DNA from: an uncultured Planctomycetales bacterium
GTDB taxonomy: Bacteria; Omnitrophota; Gorgyraeia; Zapsychrales; JANLHA01
Assembly: GCA_964595465.1 (NCBI GenBank)
Contig: CAZQQI010000012.1
Location: 1-55,738 of the forward strand
Direction: 5' to 3'
Length of the DNA: 55,738 nucleotides
The position numbers and the translations under genes were made by a program. The notes below the pieces were generated by a model. That model saw only the letters and a program-made list of their open reading frames with translations, searched no databases and had not been told where the DNA came from. Positions 38,601-46,962 of the stretch are shown piece after piece. Position 1 is the first letter of the stretch. Every line of letters begins with the position of its first letter.

Positions 38601-39731
38601 GGGACAGTGTTGGGAGAATTATCGATCGTGAAGCGGTTCAAGGAGCAGGGCAGCGGGGAGGCGATTGACATTATCCGCAAAGACGGCATCAAACTGGTCT
38701 TCGAGGATCAGAGCTGGATCCTTCTGCGTCCCAGCGGGACCCAGCTGGTAACCAAATTTTATGTCGAGAGTATGGGCAATTACGCCGCGGAGCAGGAGGT
38801 GTTAGAGCGGCGGTTTGACCAGCTGCGCGCGATCGGCGAACAGGTCGCGGAAGAAGGCCTGGCCGACGCAGCTATGCTGGCGAAGGCGGCGCAATTGCAA
38901 CAACAGGGCGATGACCTTGCCCGGCGGAAAAACCACCGCGGGGCCTGGCGGGCGTATCAGCAGGCGCGGGAAGTGTTGGAAGGGCTGCCCATGACCAGTG
39001 AAGAGAGGCGGGGGCAGATCACACGTCTGGAAGATAAGGTGAAGCAAGAACGCGCGGCTTTGTCTGTAAGCTGGCGGACCGAGGCCGCAAAATGGCTAAG
39101 ATCACAGAATGTTAAATCCAGATCCGATGCCGCCCGTCAGCAGATAGAGGTCATCATTGACGGCGTTCTGGATCATATCTTTGCGTCCGAAACCTCCCAG
39201 GCAGCGACCGGGATGAACGTCTTAAGGGCTGTGTTCGTTCAAGAAAGCGAGAACATGCCTGCAAAAGATATTCTAAAGAGGTATCTGCGGAATACCGCAG
39301 CCCCGCTGTCGGTCGATGAATTGATTTTCCGTTTTAGGGCTTTGGAAATGGTCGATATTTTGAAGATAAAGCTGAAAGAAAGGGACGAGGCTATGCTTTC
39401 AGCGGATAGGCCGCAACAAGACTCTGCCGAAGCAGAGCCGGTCGGGGGTATTGATTTCAACTCCGATCAGCTGGACCTTAAGGTCAGGCGTGACGGCAGC
39501 GGCGTGCCTCTGCCTATGGACCAGCAGGTGCCGGCGGAGCTGATGCGCATTGACGGGTTTGTGCCGGTCATTATCAATGTGGCCCCGGCGCCCAATCTTC
39601 CTATGATGCTGGGTCTGGCTGACGAGCCGCTGGATGATACCCCCCGCCGTGCGGGCGGGGACCAGCCGGTCATGGACGAGCCCCGCGCCCGGCTGGAAAA
39701 TGTGTCTGTGTTGAAAAATGTGAAAAGTTGA
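32664..39731 (+). CDS. 2355-aa secreted modular protein with D-x-A-M-L-delimited modules, including a phosphoglucomutase/phosphomannomutase module
   Basis: Single open frame; AAAGGA RBS; signal peptide; nine D-x-A-M-L-like motifs; FGTSG.RG, TASHNP, DGDADR, GEES, RPSGT within aa 1517-2067; C-terminal GGIDFN. Confidence 0.9.
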   Translation: MAGIRSSHSILKKALSAVICICFLSSVVLPPQTAGAQVLPTLPMPGAMLNPTPGYLPALIKGITVHPENPLEFDFIIDPGQDGLRGEALRTEADRMIRYFLASLTVPEDQMWVNLSPEEQDRIISDHFGRTAMGMDMLAQDYLLKQLTASLMYPEEELGKEFWQRVHKRAQKEFGTSDIPVDTFNKVWIVPQDASVYVKDNHAFIIKSRMDVMLEQDYEAQQAGRTAQESASVKNIDDQIIREIIIPEIKKEINEGKTFARLRQMYQAMVLAAWYKLNLRESLLGKIYVDRNKTAGVETKTPEEKEKIYEQYLKAFKQGVYNYIKEEHDPATGKTIPRKYFSGGYSNTGPDQAQLSDKVRQQVVRFPNATPAQRSAARRAIPIGDDRSADGPVVVRVGLLDDTRDSAQKIAAESARLAFLDQTDDLAMLSGEKGQAFRSVWKKMGSSFQKDGSFINGMSETSFRQLIAQAVELIPAVAREENEAALSTLAKNLKKVYDNDTLPDVLRDGAEMIRRMVAQQVLAMREQRRKTAEQAEHDPSDPSWARLAAEAQETATTPEEALRRMSDEAMLTVVDAQRMFFDSVQELAREKGFSWANKSKIVDKVASYVDAGMWDHNREQAINLIKKRGRFSSEEEAEGFFAEAVQAYELRRDVREQLHAKMGRLGLMVSEDAYNKVIMDELLPKAMDMVQNGRDFLLLITQNEETAQGEYLGTFDGEYSRYSTGVGEGRANYAKELVQPAQLAVIDGGKVYDPEGSVLQVLQTLDRSRSDSAEYQKAKEALQESHKPDFVLARKVRNEIREKVPPKTTVDMDSGEEIENNRDRNEEYHLTSILREAWELRLQGQGFDIRYMPAQGFVRTDYSSVIQQTLTFTQEVESEQFQVVSNGEKVQDLPEGVNPAARTIGLEVDKKLEADQEEEADRAMLGYGLSFLSEKDWRQLILQIELPQGDEQSVMLADRTVFVGRGLTADDVSSILGRLGSSKVDPAKVQRIVLTDFEKPDAVFEALHNTLFLDRRAIRSGGDLIVAGVSENVMKLDRQTFFDLVREHFGIKLSMTDVWKDSEKGRTDRAMLTKLEIAAPTAKQVLRAGLDRSDWDAQAAAAAVIRLYGEDPLFQSLQNKAEDRVISFFRRASRESGAIVLALLLTPEFRSEQGDRVLAEKVKSIFEQNDFEAAAIAALTMLNHDDIEAFDELWNPVVDVIENFLKEKAFETAAISAYAVLTHPEIEEFEKLRDLAYRKLEKLVRSDKTLTRATVLSAGALLGSDIFLGGNSPFSQDMRERAVDVLSHAVVKGEGRPNVRVYASAITIYLVNQLKESRNDAAMLARLKNEGHKPIIDSIVQAETDIEQGDMIMALRDAARDAEDENIRAKAVYILNKLSNQSGINHMLHQANQSFPAIMLGKLKEDVPDPFSVDASMLSAEDSEWEPLAGLGPEEQREVETLVRGLLPPQSDAEDAVLDFVGKYLHSEDGMYPFMNALLYFLKENDLPRVEKFLGQLHALGIKPGTEEESSDEAILTDIHSNARVSTLTPIDETRPVKFGTSGDRGKLKTEENPDGDFNTNHVARLAQGTANWFKKAHPDGKVLVGYDPRQGNPEFARLTAQIMAANGIRVKIVAAEPTPTPVLAYLGGSDAEVEGVINFTASHNPYTDDGMKFSPGHGGASDKEITDGLTAEANALDEYAALDYDQAVEEGLVEIVTAQQARDRYLDRYLIPRLQEIGAWDDIVSFLKENGDFKLVIDAMNGTGGPYMDALYSRIAQAVGRADLYEIIHAMSDPQFGEVNNEPNPTKEKSREELVRRVSDLGGKAMGLSVDGDADRFGNVDESGEFVSANDMIALIAWFLKKEIGLDGAIGKTVATSNFVNAVAEALNIEIDEEGVGFKHFVANVIKNGRKYLVAGEESAHVAVGPFMESWDDGIVVGLMGLWIKARTGKGLVEYRDEIRKELNINTKIETLGLGEGDQAMKDQVVAMIALTNEQLDAGTVLGELSIVKRFKEQGSGEAIDIIRKDGIKLVFEDQSWILLRPSGTQLVTKFYVESMGNYAAEQEVLERRFDQLRAIGEQVAEEGLADAAMLAKAAQLQQQGDDLARRKNHRGAWRAYQQAREVLEGLPMTSEERRGQITRLEDKVKQERAALSVSWRTEAAKWLRSQNVKSRSDAARQQIEVIIDGVLDHIFASETSQAATGMNVLRAVFVQESENMPAKDILKRYLRNTAAPLSVDELIFRFRALEMVDILKIKLKERDEAMLSADRPQQDSAEAEPVGGIDFNSDQLDLKVRRDGSGVPLPMDQQVPAELMRIDGFVPVIINVAPAPNLPMMLGLADEPLDDTPRRAGGDQPVMDEPRARLENVSVLKNVKS

Positions 39732-39958
39732 TTTAAGGGGCGGCGGATTTTGGTGATTTTGACACGGTCCGGTCAGTCCCTTTTTGTGTATGGTGCATGG
39801 CAGTCCAGCGCTCTGTTTGCTGAAAAGCAGACGGATGCGTATGATTCAACAGCATGGCCGATCCAACCGGATTGCTGTGCACCATTTTTTAGCATACTCT
39901 CTCCGGTCATTCTTAGCGTGATTTTTTATTTTTGGTTTAACAGTGAGGCTTGAATTCC

Positions 39959-39986
39959 TTGACCCGCCCTAAGCCTGTGTTATAAT
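39959..39986 (+). promoter_or_regulatory. sigma70-like promoter of prfB-secA
   Basis: TTGACC-16 nt-TATAAT with extended -10 TG. Confidence 0.6.
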
Positions 39987-40074
39987 ACGTCCAAAATTAT
40001 TTAATAATATATATTTTAATAACAGGATATTGGGTTTCGGATCTTGATATTCGGATTCCGGAATTTTTTCATTT

Positions 40075-41167
40075 ATGTTCGAAGAAATCAAAGATAAAGC
40101 CCGCCTTTTCCGCCAGAAACTCTCGCAACTCAGGGGGTTTCTTTGACATTGCCGGCAAGACAGCTCAGATAAAAAAACTGCAGGAGACCATGAGCCAGCC
40201 CGGGTTTTGGGATGATCCGGACGCTGCCAACCGCATTCTGCAGGAATTGAAATATCTCCGTGGGGTGGTCGATCCGTTTGAATCTCTATCCCGGAAGGTC
40301 GCGGATATGGACGAGCTGGCGGATATCTGCAGCGAGGATGAAGAGTCTCTGCAGGAGCTGGCCGAAGATTTTTCCGGACTTGACCGCCAGATCGAAGCGC
40401 TCGAGACCCAGTCTCTGCTCAGCGGACCGCATGATAAAAACAATGTGATCCTGAGTATTAATGCCGGTGCCGGCGGAACCGAGTCCTGTGACTGGGCCAG
40501 TATGCTCTTGCGTATGTATACCCGCTGGGCGGAAAATCATGATTATAAAGTTAACCTGGTCGATATGCTGCACGGAGAAGAGGCCGGGGTCAAAAGCGCG
40601 ACGCTGAATATCGAAGGCAGCATGGCCTACGGTCTGCTGAAGTCTGAAAAAGGCGTTCACCGCCTGGTGCGGATCTCTCCTTTTGATTCCAATAAGCGCC
40701 GCCATACATCTTTCGCTTCGGTCGATGTGCTTCCTGAGATCGAAGAGGATATTGAAGTTGAGATCAGCAGCGACGATCTGCGTATCGATATTTTCCGTTC
40801 TTCCGGGCCCGGAGGGCAGAGCGTCAACACCACAGATTCCGCGGTACGCATGACCCATATTCCTACGGGGATCGTGGTCCAGTGCCAGAATGAGCGCTCG
40901 CAGCTGCAGAACAGGACCATGGCCATGAAGGTGCTGAAGTCGCGTCTGTATGAAAAGAAGCTGAAAGAACAGGAAGAAGCACTGGCTAAAGAGCACGGCC
41001 AGAAGCAGAAGATCGAATGGGGGAGTCAGATCCGTTCCTATGTGATGCACCCGTATTCTATGGTCAAGGACCACCGCACAGACGCCGAGACCGGCAATGT
41101 CGCCGCGGTTATGGACGGAGAGCTGGCATTATTCATTGACGCGTTTTTAAGGTGGCAGCCGGAATAA
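40075..41167 (+). CDS. prfB: peptide chain release factor 2 (programmed +1 frameshift at 40141-40147)
   Basis: ATG40075 reads 23 codons to AGGGGG-TTT-CTT-TGA-C; the +1 frame joins the ORF with SPF and GGQ motifs. Confidence 0.97.
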
Positions 41168-41171
41168 TGAT

Positions 41172-41290
41172 ACGCAAAGCGGACAACGTTAAACGTATAA
41201 CGTGAAGCGGACAACGTTAAACGTTTATTGTATTGCGGGTTTTGTGTTAAAGACCAACACGATAAACCCAGGAAACCAGAAGCGCGTATA
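41172..41290 (+). repeat. short AACGTT/AAACGT-type array with a duplicated AAGCGGACAACGTTAAACGT
   Basis: 20-nt direct duplication plus degenerate nonamers. Confidence 0.6.
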
Positions 41291-41333
41291 ATATTTTATT
41301 TTTTGCATTTCATTTTTTATAGAAAGGTTCGAC

Positions 41334-44300
41334 ATGTTTGATTTTTTGATCAGGGGGTTCGCGGTAAAACGTGCTCAGCGGTATATCGACCGGCTGGAGC
41401 CGGCGGTCAACCTGCATGTGCCTCAGCATCTTCCTCTTCCTTCGGTGGGGACTTTGAAACGCATGGCCTCGACTGCGGCTGAAATTAACGGCATGGAGGA
41501 GCGCATAGCGTCGCTGACCGACGAACAGCTTAAGGCCAAGACTGAGGAGTTCCGCCGCCGCTATCAGGAGGCGGTGAGAGAGCAGCAGGTTGCCTTGAAA
41601 CAGGCCGAAGAGGCTTATGAGGATTCCGAAAGCAACGCGGACCGTGAAAATATCATGCTGCGCATTGAGCGGGCGGAAGAGAATATGAAAAAGGCCAAGC
41701 AGGGCGCCTTGAGTGCCATCCTGCCGGAGGCCTTTGCGGTTGTGCGCGAGGCCGGTAAGCGGATCCTGGGGATGCGGCATTATGATATCCAGCTGGTCGG
41801 GGGCATGGTCCTGCATGAAGGGTCGATCGCTGAAATGGCTACGGGAGAAGGGAAGACCCTGGTGGCGACACTGCCGGTGTATCTTAACGCCTTGACCGGC
41901 GAAGGGGTTCATGTGGTCACGGTTAACGATTATCTGGCGGAACGGGACCAGGAATGGATGGGGCGTATTTACCGATTTCTGGGATTGTCCGTCGGAGTGA
42001 TCCTGCATGCTATGACACCGCCGGAGCGGCAGGAAGCCTACGGCTGCGACATCACCTACGGGACGAATAATGAGTTCGGGTTTGATTATCTGCGCGATAA
42101 TATGGTGAGTTTCAAAGACGATATGGTGCAGCGCCCGCATCATTTCGCGGTGATCGATGAGGTCGACAGTATTCTGATCGATGAAGCGCGTACGCCTTTG
42201 ATCATTTCCGGACCGGCCGAGGCTTCGACCGGGACCTATTTTCAGGCTAATGAGATCGCCCGCACCCTGCGGGGGGTTTATATTTCAGAAAGCGACGAGA
42301 TCGACGCCAAGGCGAGGGGAGAAGAGCTCAGCGACCTGTCTAAAGGCTACGACTATGTGGCCGACGAAAAATCCAAATCCATTTCTTTGACAGATGAGGG
42401 GGAGGAGCGCGTGGCGCAGGCCTTCGGGATCGAGAACCTGCACGATATGGCCACGGTGGAGTACCGCCATCATATTCTGCAGGCGCTGAAGGCGCGGGAA
42501 TTTTTCAAACGCGATGTGGATTATGTGGTGCGCGAAGGCCAGGTCATTATTGTCGATGAGTTTACAGGACGCATGATGCCCGGGCGCCGCTGGTCCGACG
42601 GTCTGCATCAGGCGGTCGAGGCGAAAGAGGGGATCAAGATCGAACGCGAGAACCAGACCCTGGCGACCATCACCTTTCAGAATTATTTCCGTATGTATGA
42701 AAAGCTTTCCGGCATGACCGGGACCGCCTACACTGAGGCCGGCGAGTTCAAGCAGATCTATGAATTGGAGACAGTGGTTTTGCCGACCAATAAGCCGCTT
42801 CAGCGCGCCAACCTCAACGACCTGATCTATATGACCATACAGGAGAAGTATCAGGCCGTGGTGGAGGACATCGCCGAATGTTATGAGCAGGGCCGTCCGG
42901 TTCTGGTCGGGACGGTTTCGATCGAAAAATCTGAGATCCTGTCCGAGCTGCTGAAGCAGCGCGGCATCCCTCATCAGGTCCTGAACGCCAAGTATCATGA
43001 GCGCGAAGCGCAGATCGTGGCCCAGGCCGGGCGCTACCGGGCGATCACCATAGCTACCAATATGGCCGGCCGGGGAACGGATATTGTTCTGGGCGGAAAC
43101 GCGGAATTCATGGCGAATTCTCTTGCTGAAGAACGGCGCGGGGAAGAGGACAGCGATCAGGCGCACGCAGGACGCGTGGAGCAGTTTCTTTCAGATTTTC
43201 AGAAGCAGGTCAAAAAAGAACATGAGCAGGTCGTTCAGGCCGGGGGACTGCACGTGATCGGTACTGAGCGTCATGAATCCCGGCGCATCGACAATCAGCT
43301 GCGCGGGCGTTCCGGACGGCAGGGGGACCCCGGTTCATCGCGTTTTTATGTGGCCCTGGAAGATGATCTTATGCGCCTGTTCGGTATGGACCGTCTGCGG
43401 AATATGATGAACTCCCTGGGGGCGGAGGCCGGAGAGGCGATTGAGCATCCCTTAGTCAGCCGCTCGTTGGAGATCGCGCAGAAACGGGTCGAGACCTTCA
43501 ATTTTGAGATCCGTAAACAGCTGATCGAATATGATAATGTCATGAATAAGCAGCGCGAAGCGGTTTACGGTCTGCGCCGCAGTATTCTGGAAAGCCGCAA
43601 TGTGAAGGACCGGACCCTCGAGATCGTCGAGGATGTTGCCGACAGGATGGTCGAGCAGTATCTTTACGGCGGATCCGCGGAAGCGGAATGGGATTTCGAC
43701 GGATTGCTTACGGCGTTTAAGAACCGGTTTCATCTGGACCTTTCTGCTGACCGCGATTCTTGGCAGGAAAAGGGGTACGACGAGATCCGTGACGCTGTCC
43801 GGGCGCGAATGCTGCAGTTTTACGAACATCGTGAAAAAGAGAATACTCCGGAAAATATGCGGCGTCTGGAAAAGATGCTGCTGCTGAACACCATTGACGC
43901 GAAATGGAAAGACCACCTTTATGCCATGGACCAGCTGAAAGGCGGAGTGGGTCTGCGTGCTTACGGACAGCGTGATCCGCTGATCGAGTATAAGCGCGAA
44001 GGCTTTCAGATGTTTGAAGAGATGTTCGTCCGCATTTATGAAGAGGTCGCTGAGATGATCTTTAAAATTCAGGCCGTTCCCTCCGGCGCTGAACGTCCCC
44101 GCGGCGTGTTTTCGTCCCTGCCGCAGAATCTGGTCCATAAGGATTTTTCTACAGTCGACAGTGTGCAGAAACAGGCCCGTCAGCAGGGACAGCCCCCGGC
44201 GCAGTCAACTCATCCCGGGCAGAGCGCGCGTCAGGCCCAGGATCCTGATGTTCCGCACGGTGAGGTCCCTAAGCCCGCGCCGGTCCGCCGTGATGGGGAT

Positions 44301-44369
44301 AAGGTCGGCCGCAATGATCCCTGCCCCTGCGGCAGCGGGAAAAAATATAAAAAATGTTGCGGACGATGA
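41334..44369 (+). CDS. secA: preprotein translocase subunit SecA
   Basis: [59 protein letters not shown] motif [18 protein letters not shown]. Confidence 0.98.
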   Translation: MFDFLIRGFAVKRAQRYIDRLEPAVNLHVPQHLPLPSVGTLKRMASTAAEINGMEERIASLTDEQLKAKTEEFRRRYQEAVREQQVALKQAEEAYEDSESNADRENIMLRIERAEENMKKAKQGALSAILPEAFAVVREAGKRILGMRHYDIQLVGGMVLHEGSIAEMATGEGKTLVATLPVYLNALTGEGVHVVTVNDYLAERDQEWMGRIYRFLGLSVGVILHAMTPPERQEAYGCDITYGTNNEFGFDYLRDNMVSFKDDMVQRPHHFAVIDEVDSILIDEARTPLIISGPAEASTGTYFQANEIARTLRGVYISESDEIDAKARGEELSDLSKGYDYVADEKSKSISLTDEGEERVAQAFGIENLHDMATVEYRHHILQALKAREFFKRDVDYVVREGQVIIVDEFTGRMMPGRRWSDGLHQAVEAKEGIKIERENQTLATITFQNYFRMYEKLSGMTGTAYTEAGEFKQIYELETVVLPTNKPLQRANLNDLIYMTIQEKYQAVVEDIAECYEQGRPVLVGTVSIEKSEILSELLKQRGIPHQVLNAKYHEREAQIVAQAGRYRAITIATNMAGRGTDIVLGGNAEFMANSLAEERRGEEDSDQAHAGRVEQFLSDFQKQVKKEHEQVVQAGGLHVIGTERHESRRIDNQLRGRSGRQGDPGSSRFYVALEDDLMRLFGMDRLRNMMNSLGAEAGEAIEHPLVSRSLEIAQKRVETFNFEIRKQLIEYDNVMNKQREAVYGLRRSILESRNVKDRTLEIVEDVADRMVEQYLYGGSAEAEWDFDGLLTAFKNRFHLDLSADRDSWQEKGYDEIRDAVRARMLQFYEHREKENTPENMRRLEKMLLLNTIDAKWKDHLYAMDQLKGGVGLRAYGQRDPLIEYKREGFQMFEEMFVRIYEEVAEMIFKIQAVPSGAERPRGVFSSLPQNLVHKDFSTVDSVQKQARQQGQPPAQSTHPGQSARQAQDPDVPHGEVPKPAPVRRDGDKVGRNDPCPCGSGKKYKKCCGR

Positions 44370-44389
44370 GGATAAGGGGGCATGTCACA

Positions 44390-44590
44390 AGGGAAACGGG
44401 AGACGGGAAACGGGAAACGGGAGACGGGGAACGTGAAACGCACAGCGTGAAACGTGATACGTAAAATCCAATAAACCCAAAACGCCGTTTCACGCTTCCC
44501 GTATCACGTATCACGTTTCCCGTTTAACCCAATAAACCCAACAAACCCAATGAACTCAAAATCCCGTTTCCCGCTTCACCTTTCCCGGTT
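44390..44590 (+). repeat. self-complementary GAAACGG / CGTTTCAC array with nonamers, overlapping the lnt start
   Basis: GGGAAACGGGAGACGGGAAACG...CGTTTCACGCTTCCCGTATCACG...AAACCCAAC. Confidence 0.85.
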
Positions 44591-46139
44591 TTTTTTCTTT
44601 CCTGTCCTGTCCGCTTTTCTGCTTATTTCAGCCTTTCCGCCTTATTATCTCTGGCCTGTGGCCTGGGCCGCGCTGGTTCCCCTTTTGCTGGTTGTTCATC
44701 AAAGTTCTTACCGGCGGGCCTTCTGGTCCGGGTATTTTTTCGGGATCATATATTTTGTCGGAATGTTCTGGTGGCTGGTCCATGTGACCCTGCCGGGGAT
44801 GCTGATCCTCTGCGCGTACCTGGCGTTATTCCCGGGGCTATTTGCTGTGTCCGCGGCATATTTCCGTAGACTTCCGCAGATGTCTATCCGGATATTTCTG
44901 TTCGCCGCGTTATGGACCGCGGCGGAGTATCTGCGCGCGAATCTGCTGTCAGGGTTCGGCTGGGCGGCATTGGGTCATTCGCAGACGCCGTTTCTGCCGG
45001 TGATACAGATCGCGGATATAACAGGTGTGGCTGGTGTGAGTTTTACACTTATGCTGGTGAATGCCCTGATCGCGGAGTGGATAAGCCGGGATAGACCTGA
45101 CTTATTGATCGATCAGCAGGATAAGGTGCATCGGCGCAGAAAAGCAGGGTCTGTCCCTGCTTATTGGACCACGGGCATTGTAGGTGCTGTTTTGCTGTAC
45201 GGAGCCTGGTCGTTGTTAACAGGCCCTGTAAAATGCAGCGGGATCCGTGTCGGGGTCATCCAGCCTAATATTCCCCAGCATGAAAAGTGGGATACCCTCC
45301 GGTGGCCGGTCATTATGGCTGTTATGGAAGATCTGTCCAGACAGGCGGCGCGGGAGGATCCTGATGTGATCGTCTGGCCGGAAACGTCTGTCCCGGGATA
45401 TGCGTGGCTGGACCCGCAGTATATCGAACGGGCCAGAGAATTGGCCCGGGACATCGGGGTGCCGATCCTGGCCGGAATGGTGAATCTGCAGAACGCCCGG
45501 TACTATAATTCGGCCGAGCTGCTGATGCCCGGCGGAAGCCGTCAGCGTTATGACAAACTTCATCTGGTGCCCTTCGGAGAGTATCTGCCGCTGAGAACTC
45601 AGCTGCCGTTCTTGGAGAACCTGGTGCCGATCGCGGATTTTACCGCCGGAGAAAAAGAGACCATGTTGATCGTGCCGCGCAATAGGGAAGCTGCTGAAGC
45701 GGTCCGTCTCGGGGCGCTGATCTGTTTTGAAGATACGGTCGGACATGTTTCCCGCCGGCTGACAGACGCCGGTGCGCAGGTTTTGGTCAACATGACCAAT
45801 GATGCCTGGTACCGCCGGAGTAAAGCCGCGTATCTGCATCTGCAGAGTGCGGTGTTCGAAGCCGTCTCGGCCCGCCGGCCTCTGGTGCGGGCGGCCAATA
45901 CCGGAGTGAGCGCAGTGATCGACCGCTACGGGAAGATACGCCGACGGATTACCGGACCGGACGGTAAGGAGATCTTTCAGCGGGGATTCATGGTTGCCCG
46001 GGTGTGTCCGGCCGAAAAGAAAACCCCGTCAACAAAGTTCGGAGATGTTTTTACATATTTCTGTTTTGGCGCTATACTTATATCGGCATTCATTGTAAAG
46101 TTCAAAGGCAATGCAGAAAATCACGGAGGAGAAACATGA
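44550..46139 (+). CDS. lnt: apolipoprotein N-acyltransferase
   Basis: IQPNI, VWPETS, YDKLHLVPFGEY, LICFE, TNDAW, RAANTGVS; start site uncertain. Confidence 0.95.
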   Translation: MNSKSRFPLHLSRFFFFPVLSAFLLISAFPPYYLWPVAWAALVPLLLVVHQSSYRRAFWSGYFFGIIYFVGMFWWLVHVTLPGMLILCAYLALFPGLFAVSAAYFRRLPQMSIRIFLFAALWTAAEYLRANLLSGFGWAALGHSQTPFLPVIQIADITGVAGVSFTLMLVNALIAEWISRDRPDLLIDQQDKVHRRRKAGSVPAYWTTGIVGAVLLYGAWSLLTGPVKCSGIRVGVIQPNIPQHEKWDTLRWPVIMAVMEDLSRQAAREDPDVIVWPETSVPGYAWLDPQYIERARELARDIGVPILAGMVNLQNARYYNSAELLMPGGSRQRYDKLHLVPFGEYLPLRTQLPFLENLVPIADFTAGEKETMLIVPRNREAAEAVRLGALICFEDTVGHVSRRLTDAGAQVLVNMTNDAWYRRSKAAYLHLQSAVFEAVSARRPLVRAANTGVSAVIDRYGKIRRRITGPDGKEIFQRGFMVARVCPAEKKTPSTKFGDVFTYFCFGAILISAFIVKFKGNAENHGGET

Positions 46140-46909
46140 CGCAGAAAATAGCAGCCGTACGGACGATCAGTTATATCCTGGCGCTTTTATACGCCGTTTC
46201 CGGCATTTATTATCTTGGCGGGCTGGGGGGTATGCCGATCCAGAATTTTTCGGTGCTGATATCTACGATGTGCGGTATTTTGTTTGCCGGCGCGGTTGCC
46301 CTGGCTGTGGGGAAATCCTGGGGCCGGGATCTGCTGGTTTACGGGAACATTGTCTTTTTTGTCGTCGGTTTGTGGCTGCTGATCCTATTCCCTAACATGG
46401 CACGTCTGTATGCCTTTGACGAATTCATTTTTACCCGCAGTCTTTTTTTAGGAAGCCTTTTCCTGGCGATCGTGCTGTTTGCTTATTTCACTCAGAATCA
46501 GGTCAAGATGATGCTGCATCCTGAAGCAAGATATTCCTGGAAGAGCATTCTGGTCATCGATGATGATGAAGGGATCCAGAAAACGATCAAGAAGATCCTG
46601 CTTTCCCGGGGATACAGTGTCCTGTCGGCCATGAACGGAGAAAAAGGCATACAGGTGGCCAAGCTGCAGAAGCCCGATCTGATCATTCTGGATGTGATCC
46701 TTCCCGGGCTAAAGGGAAGAGATGTCTGCGCGCGGCTGAAAGAAGATGAAGAGACCCGTCATATTCCGGTCATCTTTTTGACGGCCAAAGGATCGCAGGA
46801 TGATATTCAGGCTGAGATGCAGGCGGGCGGCGCCGCGCACATGACCAAGCCGATCAAGGCCCGTGCCCTGATCGCAGAGATCAAGGCATTGGTAAACCCT
46901 TCCCATTAA
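46136..46909 (+). CDS. membrane protein (~4 TM) with C-terminal receiver domain
   Basis: GGAGG RBS and ATGA overlap with lnt; ILVIDDD, PDLIILD, IPVIFLTA, TKP. Confidence 0.85.
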   Translation: MTQKIAAVRTISYILALLYAVSGIYYLGGLGGMPIQNFSVLISTMCGILFAGAVALAVGKSWGRDLLVYGNIVFFVVGLWLLILFPNMARLYAFDEFIFTRSLFLGSLFLAIVLFAYFTQNQVKMMLHPEARYSWKSILVIDDDEGIQKTIKKILLSRGYSVLSAMNGEKGIQVAKLQKPDLIILDVILPGLKGRDVCARLKEDEETRHIPVIFLTAKGSQDDIQAEMQAGGAAHMTKPIKARALIAEIKALVNPSH

Positions 46910-46962
46910 TGGAAACACCGGAATAGCGGCCCGCTGTTTTACCGGGCTCTTCAATCGATGTC

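Noticed and set aside
33936-39398. D-x-A-M-L motifs as internal start codons or strict DNA recombination sites
   Set aside because: One site has ATC (Ile), most lack a properly spaced SD, and codons vary synonymously. Four sites share GCCATGCTG, so a microhomology role is not fully excluded
39750-39953. 67-aa ORF after the giant gene as an immunity or accessory gene
   Set aside because: TTG start with only a weak SD and no recognisable features; cannot be supported
40141-40147. prfB as a frameshifted pseudogene or sequencing error
   Set aside because: Matches the canonical programmed CTT-TGA-C site with upstream SD
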